From Candidatus Latescibacterota bacterium (GTDB lineage Bacteria; Latescibacterota; UBA2968; UBA8231), in NCBI GenBank assembly GCA_965221775.1, contig CBDCSU010000006.1, positions 576,001 through 640,000 of the forward strand: a stretch of DNA of 64,000 nucleotides. The letters are read 5' to 3'. Shown here piece by piece: positions 39,925 to 48,447 of this stretch (the stretch's first letter is position 1; each line of letters starts with the position of its first letter). A program made the position numbers and the translations under genes. The notes under the pieces were generated by a model. That model ran no database searches. It saw only the letters and a program-made list of their open reading frames with translations, and was not told the DNA's origin.

Positions 39925-40044
39925 GGACAATAGACCATCTAACTCTCCCCTTGGCATGTAGCGACCTCTTGCCGTCTGCGACTCTTTGGAGGCTACATGA
40001 ACACATTGGGGGCAGATGCCCTCCAGAAAGGACGAGAAACCAAC

Positions 40045-40545
40045 GTGCCATATCGAAATAAGACGTTCGTATCGTTTGACGGGGACACAGACATTCACTA
40101 CTACCGGTTAATGCAGGCGTGGAAGCAAAGCGACGGCATGGACTTCAACTTCTACGACGCCCATGATCTGAACACCGCACGGGACTCGAGCCGAGAGGAG
40201 TCGATCAAGGCGCAGCTAGCGGCTCGAATGCGTGCGACCAAGATCTTTGTGCTCTTGATCGGAGAGCATACCCGGTATCTTAGGAAGTTCGTGCGTTGGG
40301 AAATCGAACAGGCGCTCAGGCGGGAACTACCGATCATTGCGGTCAACCTCAATGGAAGGCGTCACCTCGACGATGCCAGGTGCCCTCCCCTACTTCGAGA
40401 AGAACTCGCCATTCATGTCAGCTTTAACGCATCCATCATTCAGCGTGCGATGGATGCGTGGCCTTCTTTCCACAGCGGCAAGCTTGGCAAGGAGTCTGGT
40501 CCGCACTACTACCAGGATTCTGTCTACCAGGAATTGGGCCTGTGA
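40045..40545 (+). CDS. thsB: Thoeris ThsB-like TIR-domain protein
   Basis: YRNKTFVSFDGD.D, FNF.DAHD, LLIGE.T, catalytic-type WEIE.A, PII.VNLNG. Confidence 0.85.
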   Translation: MPYRNKTFVSFDGDTDIHYYRLMQAWKQSDGMDFNFYDAHDLNTARDSSREESIKAQLAARMRATKIFVLLIGEHTRYLRKFVRWEIEQALRRELPIIAVNLNGRRHLDDARCPPLLREELAIHVSFNASIIQRAMDAWPSFHSGKLGKESGPHYYQDSVYQELGL

Positions 40546-41480
40546 CCCTTAGTCGCCTTCGATTCCAGGCCATGGCATGGATCAAGGAGGTGGCGTCAAC
40601 AAGAGCTCTCTCTATCATGTTTGGCGTGGCCGGCGCATACTTCCTGCTTTACAAGATGGCCGCGTTGTTCTTGGAGGACACGCCGATTCACCAGCTCCTG
40701 AGACAGCTTTGGTGGCTTGGTTTTCTTGTTGGTGGCACTTACGCCCTGTGGGTTTGCAGGCCACGAACCTCGATAACCCACAGGCTCTCGGGACGGGACG
40801 TGACGCTCGAGATTGCTGTGGGTGATGTTCTGTCCTTCACTGGCGACCTTGTGATAGGCAGCAATACGACATTCGACACGAAGGTATCGAAAAGGCTCAT
40901 TTCCAAGGAGAGTGTGCAAGGCCAATTCCTGGCGCGGTACTACGGAAGCGACAGTGACACGCTCGACGGGGAGCTTCGTGACCAACTGGATGATCTCTCA
41001 GCGGAAGTACTTGCCGGAGACCGTGTCGGCAAGAGCGCGAGGTACGAGTTGGGGACGGTTGTCCAAGTTCATCCTGATCGCCGGCATCCAAACCGCCGAG
41101 CCTACCTTCTAGCGATCGCGGATATCAATGAGGGAGGGGTGGCGCGCGGTGACTTTGAAGGGCTAAAGCGAGCGCTCGCTGCGCTGTGGGTGTACGTAGG
41201 TGCTCGCGGTGCAATTTCACCTTTGGTTGCGCCGGTCCTGGGTACTGGTTTCTCGAGGCTGTCAGAAAAGAGAGAGGAAGTCGTTCGTGAGATGTTTCGG
41301 TCGTTCGTGGCTGCCTGCTCCGATGGCGTGTTCACGCCGCGATTCACGGTCGTGCTCGGTTGGCAGGACGTTGTTGAACACAACATATCGATAGAAGAGC
41401 TTGGGCTGTTTGTTAGGCATCTCTGCCTCTACGCCGAACATTCGAGGGCTGACGTAGATCCAATTGGGGCTCCGGTATAG
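40542..41480 (+). CDS. thsA: Thoeris type II ThsA-like effector (2 TM helices + macro domain, DUF6430-like)
   Basis: Two N-terminal hydrophobic helices; GD......VIGSNTTFDT, S.QGQF, YELGTV, PVLGTG.SR; GTGA overlap with the TIR gene. Confidence 0.8.
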   Translation: MTLSRLRFQAMAWIKEVASTRALSIMFGVAGAYFLLYKMAALFLEDTPIHQLLRQLWWLGFLVGGTYALWVCRPRTSITHRLSGRDVTLEIAVGDVLSFTGDLVIGSNTTFDTKVSKRLISKESVQGQFLARYYGSDSDTLDGELRDQLDDLSAEVLAGDRVGKSARYELGTVVQVHPDRRHPNRRAYLLAIADINEGGVARGDFEGLKRALAALWVYVGARGAISPLVAPVLGTGFSRLSEKREEVVREMFRSFVAACSDGVFTPRFTVVLGWQDVVEHNISIEELGLFVRHLCLYAEHSRADVDPIGAPV

Positions 41481-41514
41481 ATCTGAGAAGATGCCGGGTG
41501 TAGATTGGTCCCGG

Positions 41515-42081
41515 TCAGGATCGATCAAGAAGCTCTCTATGCTTATCGCGGAGGGCAGACAGCAGCTCCTCTTGGAACTCCTTCGACAAGCGTGATGACT
41601 CCGACCGGAATATGCGGACGCCCGTCTCAATCACCCAATTCAGGGGGATTTTCGGATTGTTGAGATGCCCCCGTCCTTCACGCAGCCTCTCTTCCCACAG
41701 CTGGAAGTAGGTTTCGAGATCCGCTGCGGTGAGGTGATAGATGTGCTGAAGTTCGATGCCCTCGTAGACTCCGAATATCCAGTCGACCGAACGATAGTGA
41801 TCGATTATCGCCTGATTCATGTGATGGTGTGTGGTGAAACTCCGTGCACTCGTCGCCAGGTTTACTGACTTGATCTCATACTCCTTACCATCGTCATCTT
41901 CGGCATCAGAACCTTCCCGACCTGGAGTGTTTTTTAGCCCGGTAGTCATCAGCAACTGCAGCAACTTGCCGCCATTGTCTTGAAATATGTCGTTGATTCC
42001 GTGAACGGAAGCCAATGCTTGGTAAACCCGTATGTACGGCAATAGCACATCCAGGATTGCCTTGTCCGGGTGAGGATTCAC
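41515..42081 (-). CDS. pvuIIR: PvuII-like type II restriction endonuclease
   Basis: HGINDIFQDNGGKLLQ, PGREG.DA, EYEIKS, F.THHHMN, NNPKIP. Confidence 0.92.
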   Translation of the reverse strand: MNPHPDKAILDVLLPYIRVYQALASVHGINDIFQDNGGKLLQLLMTTGLKNTPGREGSDAEDDDGKEYEIKSVNLATSARSFTTHHHMNQAIIDHYRSVDWIFGVYEGIELQHIYHLTAADLETYFQLWEERLREGRGHLNNPKIPLNWVIETGVRIFRSESSRLSKEFQEELLSALRDKHRELLDRS

Positions 42082-42308
42082 TTCTTCTTGCCAGACAGAA
42101 GGTCAGCGATACTGGCCCCGACCGCGGCTGCAATCCGCTCCATGTTGTCGATGGAGACATTACGCTCCCCACGCTCGACCGCGCCGATATAGGTGCGATG
42201 GATGCCCGCCATCTGTGCGAGACCCTCCTGAGATAATCCTTTGGCCTGACGGAGTCTCCGCAAATTCGCGCCGAATCTCTGTCGGGCACTTGACTGAGTT
42301 GCACCCAT
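42078..42308 (-). CDS. pvuIIC: R-M controller (C) protein, XRE HTH
   Basis: FGANLRRLR..KGLSQE.LA..AGIHRTYIG.VERGERNVSIDN; overlaps the R gene start; start 42308 preferred, 42329 possible. Confidence 0.88.
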   Translation of the reverse strand: MGATQSSARQRFGANLRRLRQAKGLSQEGLAQMAGIHRTYIGAVERGERNVSIDNMERIAAAVGASIADLLSGKKK

Positions 42309-42334
42309 ATTCTTTAATGTACTACTCATGTGAT

Positions 42335-42360
42335 GACCATAAGTCTACAGCCTATGAGTA
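42335..42360 (-). promoter_or_regulatory. Paired C-boxes (operator of the C-R transcript)
   Basis: Minus strand TACTcatAGGC-TGTA-GACTtatGGTC fits the GACT-N3-AGTC-TGTA-GACT-N3-AGTC architecture. Confidence 0.85.
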
Positions 42361-42385
42361 GCATTCCCACCCGGAGAAGAGGTCA

Positions 42386-43471
42386 ATGGCTGGAAGAGAG
42401 GTGCTCCTGCCTGAGAAGCCCGCGTATCACACAAATCTTGGCGCCGCGTACTGTGGCGATTCACTGGAGTTGCTATCGGAGTTGCCTGATGGCGCAGTCG
42501 ATCTCGTGATCACCAGTCCACCCTTCGCTCTTCAAAGGCAAAAGGAGTATGGGAACAAGGACCAAGCTGAGTATATCGACTGGTTGACGGAATTCGCTAG
42601 ACTAGTCCATCAGAAGTTGAACGACCATGGCAGCTTTGTGTTGGATCTCGGTGGTGCATATCGAAGGGGTGTCCCTGCCCGGAGTCTATACAATTTCCGG
42701 GTCGCAATAAGGTTTTGTGACGAGGTAGGGTTCTTTCTTGCGGAGGACTTCTACTGGTTCAATCCGTCCAAGCTCCCCAGTCCCATTGAGTGGGTCAACA
42801 AACGCAAAATGCGGGCAAAGGACTCGGTCAACACGGTGTGGTGGTTTAGCAAGACGGAGTGGCCGAAGGCGGACGTAACGAAAGTCCTCACCGAATACAG
42901 TGATCGAATGAAGAGGCTCTTGGAGGCTCCGGATAGCTTCTACTCACCGGCCGAGAGACCTTCGGGGCACGATATAGGGAGAGGATTCGGCAAACGTAAC
43001 CAAGGCGCAATACCAAGCAACTTGCTCAAGTTGCCGCTGGTGGACGAGGACGCTCTTTCTGCGCTATTGGAGGAGTTTGATTTGCCGCCCAATTTGCTCG
43101 AGATACCCAACTCTGAGTCCAACAGTCAGTACCTGAGGGGTTGCAAGAGCGCAGGGGTGAAAGCACATCCAGCTCGGTTCCCCCCGAGATTGCCTGAGTT
43201 CTTCGTCCGGTTTCTTACCGATCCATTCGATCTCGTAGTCGACATTTTCGCAGGCTCTAATACGACGGGAATGGTCGCCGAGAGGGAAGGTCGGCAGTGG
43301 TTAGCTTTTGATGAGAGGGTTGACTACTTGGCAGCGTCCGCTTTCCGGTTCTTCGGAGTTGAAGCTACGGCAGAAGAAGCGAAGTCGGTGTATCAACGCA
43401 TCAAGAGCGGCGAGTCCGTGAATATGGAGCAATTTGCGGGGCAACGGGACATCTTGGGACAGCACAACTGA
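42386..43471 (+). CDS. pvuIIM: M.PvuII-like N4-cytosine DNA methyltransferase (beta class)
   Basis: ITSPPFAL...KEYGN, NPSKLPSPIEWVNKRK, HPARFP, DIFAGSNTTG; divergent from C-R. Confidence 0.93.
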   Translation: MAGREVLLPEKPAYHTNLGAAYCGDSLELLSELPDGAVDLVITSPPFALQRQKEYGNKDQAEYIDWLTEFARLVHQKLNDHGSFVLDLGGAYRRGVPARSLYNFRVAIRFCDEVGFFLAEDFYWFNPSKLPSPIEWVNKRKMRAKDSVNTVWWFSKTEWPKADVTKVLTEYSDRMKRLLEAPDSFYSPAERPSGHDIGRGFGKRNQGAIPSNLLKLPLVDEDALSALLEEFDLPPNLLEIPNSESNSQYLRGCKSAGVKAHPARFPPRLPEFFVRFLTDPFDLVVDIFAGSNTTGMVAEREGRQWLAFDERVDYLAASAFRFFGVEATAEEAKSVYQRIKSGESVNMEQFAGQRDILGQHN

Positions 43472-43534
43472 TTGGCGCAAGTGGAGACCCCTATGGCTGG
43501 TCCATCGAGCTGCTTTGCGGGTGGTGGTTCTACC

Positions 43535-43800
43535 ATGCACCTCGATTCGAGCAGCCGGCGGTTCTTCGAACGCAGCCTGCTCGACGACACCGTCGCCGGT
43601 CCACCCGCCGACGAGGAGCCTGTGCCGCGGCTCTCACCGCGGCTTCGGTGCGAGGGATCATCGCCACCGGGGCACGCGCCGGCCAGCGCCCGCTCCGTGG
43701 TGGGCTTCACCGAGGGGGCCCAGAGGAGGACCTGCCTCGCCGAGAGCGACGACGGCATCGACTGGCGGCGGCCCGACGCCACGGAGGGTAGATCCAGGCC
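43535..43800 (+). pseudogene. Remnant of a beta-propeller glycosidase-like gene
   Basis: CLAESDDGIDWRRP Asp-box-like motif in otherwise degenerate sequence, in frame upstream of the next gene. Confidence 0.4.
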
Positions 43801-43843
43801 GGCGCCCTGGCCGACCCAGAGCCTTTTGGCCGAACGGAACGAG

Positions 43844-45208
43844 ATGAAACGCGAACACATCTTCTCCCATTACGAACAGGACGCAACCCGGTACTGGAAG
43901 CTGAGAGAAGGCGGCTATGCCACCCCGATGAGTGTGTGTCAGGGAGATGAGGTAACGTTCCACATATCGAATTCCAGATCGTACTACGGTGTATTCGTGT
44001 TCCACGAAGGGGCCGAACGGCGTCTGGTGAAGGAGATAAGCGGCCTGCGCGGCGGGCTTCCCCCGATCCCCGAGTCCGGCTATCGGGACGGATTCGGATG
44101 GCCCGCGACGGTCTCGTTCCGGGTGCCTCGCGACTGGAAGAGCGGCGTTTACATCGCCAGTTTCCCCACCGCACAGGGGATCCGGGAGATCCTGTTCGTC
44201 GTTCGCCCGCGCCTTCCCAGCGCGCCGATTCTCCTGACGATCGAGACCAATACCTATGCCGCCTACAACTGCGTGGGCGGCAAGTGCCTATTCCCCTACC
44301 TGTCCACCGACCGATCTCACAGCAACCTCGTGACCTTCGAGCGACCCTTGCAGCCGGACATCATGGGCGGGTTCCATGCTTGGGATCAGTTCTTCACATC
44401 GTGGCTCGACGCCGAGGGGTACCAGGTAGACTACTGCGTCAACGCCGACCACGACCGGCAGCCGAATCTCCTGGATGACTACCCTGCACATCTCAGGATC
44501 TGTCACGGCGAGTATTCGAGCCGCGAAGAGTGCGAGCAGCTTCAGCGGTTCGTGGCGCGCGGCGGCAACCTGATGGTCTTTGCCGGCAACTCCTTCTCGC
44601 ACCTGGTGGAGACCCGGGCCGGCGGACGCCAGCTCTACTGTGCCAAGAGCCGGTACAAGATGCACCCCCTCGGCACGCCGGAGGACCCCGACACATCCTT
44701 TCTCCGCGCAATCGACAATCTGCGTCAGCGCACGATTGGCGTTTCCTATACGGCCGCCGTCAACGCCAAGAGCAAGACTCCCGGCGAGATCGTGGCCCCC
44801 ACGTCCGGCGAATACGGGTTCTTCCGCGTGACCCGGCCCGACCACTGGGCCTTCGCAGGAACCGGGCTGGGTGAAGGGGACGAGTTCGGCCGGGAAGACT
44901 CGATCGTCGGAGTCGAGTGCGACGGGGGTGACATCGAGTTCAAGGATGGGAAGCCGCGGTTCACGGGCCGTGACGGGATCAGCCCGCACTACCAGATCAT
45001 CGCCATCGGGGACGCGGAGGACCACGGCCTCAACGCGGACCTGGGGGTCCACCAGGACCGGTTCTACGCCACCGTCGCGGTCAACGAGACGGAGTTCAAG
45101 GGGACTGTCTTCACGGCGGCAACCATCGAGTGGGCGCACGGCCTCTACCGGAACGGCGGTCCGGTGGCCCAGATCACGCGCAATGTCCTGGACCGTCTGG
45201 GCCGATAG
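43844..45208 (+). CDS. N,N-dimethylformamidase beta-subunit-like domain protein
   Basis: GY.TPMSV..G, W.SGVY.A, FVVR, TNTY.AYN..GG, V.F.RP, HGEY.S, GN..VFAGN, G.ECDG, ITRNVL. Confidence 0.8.
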   Translation: MKREHIFSHYEQDATRYWKLREGGYATPMSVCQGDEVTFHISNSRSYYGVFVFHEGAERRLVKEISGLRGGLPPIPESGYRDGFGWPATVSFRVPRDWKSGVYIASFPTAQGIREILFVVRPRLPSAPILLTIETNTYAAYNCVGGKCLFPYLSTDRSHSNLVTFERPLQPDIMGGFHAWDQFFTSWLDAEGYQVDYCVNADHDRQPNLLDDYPAHLRICHGEYSSREECEQLQRFVARGGNLMVFAGNSFSHLVETRAGGRQLYCAKSRYKMHPLGTPEDPDTSFLRAIDNLRQRTIGVSYTAAVNAKSKTPGEIVAPTSGEYGFFRVTRPDHWAFAGTGLGEGDEFGREDSIVGVECDGGDIEFKDGKPRFTGRDGISPHYQIIAIGDAEDHGLNADLGVHQDRFYATVAVNETEFKGTVFTAATIEWAHGLYRNGGPVAQITRNVLDRLGR

Positions 45209-45375
45209 TGGATGAGCTCGCTGACGAGGAGCCCGTGCCGGCGGCTCTCACTGCCCTTCGGAGCACGCGCAGGCCAACGCCTGCGCCGGTCACTTGCCGC
45301 CGCAGCGGTGTTTTCGGTAGGTAGAACAGCCCCAGAAGACACCATCCACCCTCCAGAAAGCAGCGAGGTCTGACC

Positions 45376-47007
45376 ATGGGCACCGACTCCTACACAGTGA
45401 ACCACTGGAACGAGGCGACGCACGCGCACGAGCCGTCGATCCTCACCATAGAGCAGAACTTCACCTTCGACGCCCTCGGGTTCCTCGTGCTGCCGCAACT
45501 CCTCGGCCCCGCCGAGCTGTCCGCGTGCCGCGACAGCGGCGGTGGGCTGGGCGATCTGTGCAGCGAGGCCGGCGCCGTCGGACGCTACGTGCGCGAGCTG
45601 TGCGGCGATGGCTTCCGCCAGGACGGCCCTGCGAGGCACGTCCCTGCCGCCGCCGCAGGAGGGTGCGACGAAGCCTCCCTGCCACTGACAGGCGGGGCGC
45701 ACACGCTGGACCGGGCGTACATCAACCTGGCGGGGTGGAATGGCCGCAACGCCGACGGTTCTCCGCTCCCGCGGGCCGGCGGCGCTTGGGAAGAGGTCCG
45801 CATCCGGCAGTGCCAGGGGCTGGTGGTGGCCATCGCCCTCACGGACTCCACGGAAGGCAAGGGCCCGCTGGTGGTCGTGCCCTCCTCGCACAAGAGCGGG
45901 CTGCCGGCCCCACCGCTTCCATCCTCCAGCCACTTCGCCGAGCGCCCGGCGCTGGCGGCGGGCGACGTGCTTCTGTGCGCCGCCAGCACCCTGCACGGGG
46001 TCTGCCCACAGGGTGATGGCGGCGAGCTGCTCGTGGTGGACTTCATCTCGCGCGCGGCTCGGCCACAGGGGCCGCCCGACCCGCAGGACGAGCAGCCCCT
46101 GCCCGAGTGGGCGGAAGAGCTGGGCGAGGCCGAGCAGACCGTGCTTGCAGGCGGAGACTCGCGTCGCCTGCTCCTGTCGGACGGCACGACCACCTGGCTC
46201 ACCTCCGCCGACGATGCCGACGCCGCGCAGAGGGCCTCCTCGGCCCTCGAGTTCGAAGGCCGAGATGATCATGCCGAGCGCTGGGCCTTCGACACCCAGG
46301 GCTTCCTGCTGGTCGAGGGCGTCATGGACGATGATTGGGTCGATGCGGCCTTGGCGGGCATTGACGCCAACCTCGACCGCCTGGTGTACCGGGGCGCAGG
46401 CGACAAGGGCGGGGACGTGACGCTTGCCGACATCCCCGGGGCGCCGACGATCTCGGGCACGGCCCGGCCGGACCTGAAGGGTTTGTTCCAGCTGCCGGCG
46501 CCGCACAATGAGCCTTTCCTCAAGATGCTGGCGCACCCCGCCGTCATCGGGCGCCTGAACTGGATGATCGGACCAGGGTACAAGGTGACTCAGAGCACGG
46601 CCCTGTGCCACGTCAAAGGCTCGAGCGGGCAGATGCTGCACGCGGGGAACGCCAACCCGACCTCCGTCGGCAAGCACTACGAGATGGTGAACGGGCGCGT
46701 GCACACGAGGTCGGGCATCAACGTCGCCTGGCAGCTCGCCGACGTCGGGCCCGACGACGGCGGCTTTGTCGTAGTGCCGGGCAGTCACAAGTCGTGCTAT
46801 CCCCTGCCGCATTCGGTGCGGACCTGCAACGAGCGCGCGCCGATCCGCCACATTCCCATGCGACGCGGGTCTGTTCTCTTCTTTCTGGGAGGGACGGTCT
46901 GTCACGGGGCGTACCGCTGGGAGGCCGAGTCACCGAGGCGGACACCGCTCTTCACGTACGGGCACGACGGCCGACGCCCTTTTGCATGGCCCTCGAGCAG
47001 ACTGTGA
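45376..47007 (+). CDS. Tandem two-domain PhyH-family dioxygenase (first domain degenerate, second with HxG)
   Basis: F.FD..GFL twice, VVVP.SHKS twice, distal LHG/CHG. Confidence 0.8.
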   Translation: MGTDSYTVNHWNEATHAHEPSILTIEQNFTFDALGFLVLPQLLGPAELSACRDSGGGLGDLCSEAGAVGRYVRELCGDGFRQDGPARHVPAAAAGGCDEASLPLTGGAHTLDRAYINLAGWNGRNADGSPLPRAGGAWEEVRIRQCQGLVVAIALTDSTEGKGPLVVVPSSHKSGLPAPPLPSSSHFAERPALAAGDVLLCAASTLHGVCPQGDGGELLVVDFISRAARPQGPPDPQDEQPLPEWAEELGEAEQTVLAGGDSRRLLLSDGTTTWLTSADDADAAQRASSALEFEGRDDHAERWAFDTQGFLLVEGVMDDDWVDAALAGIDANLDRLVYRGAGDKGGDVTLADIPGAPTISGTARPDLKGLFQLPAPHNEPFLKMLAHPAVIGRLNWMIGPGYKVTQSTALCHVKGSSGQMLHAGNANPTSVGKHYEMVNGRVHTRSGINVAWQLADVGPDDGGFVVVPGSHKSCYPLPHSVRTCNERAPIRHIPMRRGSVLFFLGGTVCHGAYRWEAESPRRTPLFTYGHDGRRPFAWPSSRL

Positions 47008-47032
47008 GCTCCCGGCGCCCAAGGAGGTATCC

Positions 47033-47923
47033 ATGGCCCTGACCCAGGAACAGAAGACCCGCTTCTTCGAGGACGGTTACATCGCCGTCAAAGGGCTTCT
47101 CACCGCGCATGAGCTCGAGACGCTGCACAACCACTACGCCGACCTCGCACTCGGCCGCGTCCCCGGCTTTCCGGAAGGCAACATCTCTCACCACACTCCC
47201 GGAGCCGCTCAAGCGGCCGAGCCGTCCACACCTCACGGGAGTCGGCATGACCGACGCGGCACCCAGGTCTATCCAAGAGGGGAAGTGACCGGCGCCGAAA
47301 GACGCACACCGGTTGAGGACCCGTTGGATACGATACGCCATCTCAACCTGCCTTCGTACCACGATTCGGCTTTTGAAGCGTTTGTCCGAAGTCCAAAGAT
47401 TGTCGACATCATCGAGTCCCTGATGGGGCCCGATATCAAGCTCTACTACGACCAGGTCTTTGCGAAGCCGCCTTACGCGGCAGCGAATCGCTATCATCAG
47501 GATTCCGTTTTCTGGGCATTCTTCGCGAGCAACTTCCAGGTCACATGCCAGATTCTGCTCGACGATGCGACTGCCGAGAACGGTTGTGTGCGGTTCATCC
47601 CGGGCAGCCACAACTTCGGCCTCGTCAACTGGGATCACCTCCCCTACATGCTGACTGAGGATGTGCTCGCGCAGGAGGTCGCTGTTCCACTGAAGGCGGG
47701 AGATGCGACCTTTCACCATAGCCTGGCGCTCCATTGCAGCGGCCCGAATACCACGCCGTACCGGCGGCGAGGCTGGTCGATTCACTACGTCTCCTCGGAC
47801 ACGCGTTACATCGGCACACCCGAAGAGACCGAGCGCCTGCAACAGCGCGGTTGCCTTGTCGGACCGGAGCCTGTCAACGGTTGGCCCCTGATCCGGGGAC
47901 GGGAGTTCCCGGGGTGTGTATAG
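47033..47923 (+). CDS. PhyH-family Fe/2OG dioxygenase
   Basis: aaggagg RBS; F.EDGY, FAKPP, HQD, ENGC..FIPGSH, FHH...LHCSGPN.T..RR. Confidence 0.92.
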   Translation: MALTQEQKTRFFEDGYIAVKGLLTAHELETLHNHYADLALGRVPGFPEGNISHHTPGAAQAAEPSTPHGSRHDRRGTQVYPRGEVTGAERRTPVEDPLDTIRHLNLPSYHDSAFEAFVRSPKIVDIIESLMGPDIKLYYDQVFAKPPYAAANRYHQDSVFWAFFASNFQVTCQILLDDATAENGCVRFIPGSHNFGLVNWDHLPYMLTEDVLAQEVAVPLKAGDATFHHSLALHCSGPNTTPYRRRGWSIHYVSSDTRYIGTPEETERLQQRGCLVGPEPVNGWPLIRGREFPGCV

Positions 47924-48011
47924 CCGGTTGCCGAGCCGCTCGCCGGCCGGCGGGTCCCGCGGGCGGCTTGCTCGGGGGCGGTCGTGGACCTGCATGCTTA
48001 GATTGAGGTCG

Positions 48012-48311
48012 ATGCGCAACGGATCGACATACGGCTGGAGCGGCGGCATCATGGCCTTCGCCGCCCTCGTGCTCGCCCTGTCCCTGTTGCTGCCCCTGCT
48101 GCACCACCTCGACGACTGCGGGCCGCTGGAGGCCGAGGAGTGCCCCATATCGGCGGTCGTCTCCGCCCTCTCCCTCGCCGTCCCGGTCGTGCCCGGCCTG
48201 GTGCTCCTGACGCCGGCCCGCCGCGCCCCCCCGCTCCCGCGCCCCAAGGCCGTCCAGCCCTGCGCAGTCCCCCTGACCACCCAAAGCAGCCGCGCACCAC
48301 CCCCTTCCTGA
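48012..48311 (+). CDS. DUF2946-like leader protein with C-terminal RAPP motif
   Basis: Hydrophobic helix, HHLDDC...ECPI, Pro-rich linker, SRAPPPS*; directly upstream of a TonB-dependent receptor. Confidence 0.65.
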   Translation: MRNGSTYGWSGGIMAFAALVLALSLLLPLLHHLDDCGPLEAEECPISAVVSALSLAVPVVPGLVLLTPARRAPPLPRPKAVQPCAVPLTTQSSRAPPPS

Positions 48312-48393
48312 GCATCCGCACCTGATCGACTGAAAGTCCCTGCACGGCGGTACTCCGCCCGGTGTGGATGCGTTCTCCTGCTGTACCTCGGGA

Positions 48394-48418
48394 GCATACC
48401 GGCCAGGGGCCGGTATGC
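48394..48418 (+). promoter_or_regulatory. Perfect 11-bp hairpin between the RAPP leader and the receptor gene
   Basis: gcataccggcc-agg-ggccggtatgc, no U-tract. Confidence 0.55.
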
Positions 48419-48447
48419 CCTCCCTCAACTCAACGGAGAACACGGGA

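Larger units (their letters stand above)
37560..43500. other. Lower-GC defence island (Ubl operon, Thoeris type II, PvuII-like R-M)
   Basis: Visibly more A/T-rich than the flanks; three defence-type modules in series; gene remnants on both sides; boundaries approximate. Confidence 0.8.

Noticed and set aside
37560-43500. Island as a prophage, ICE or integron cassette array
   Set aside because: No integrase, phage or conjugation genes and no recognisable attC sites
43472-43843. 578-aa version of the DMFase-like ORF
   Set aside because: The first ~124 codons look like degenerate remnant sequence; family-like sequence starts near 43844
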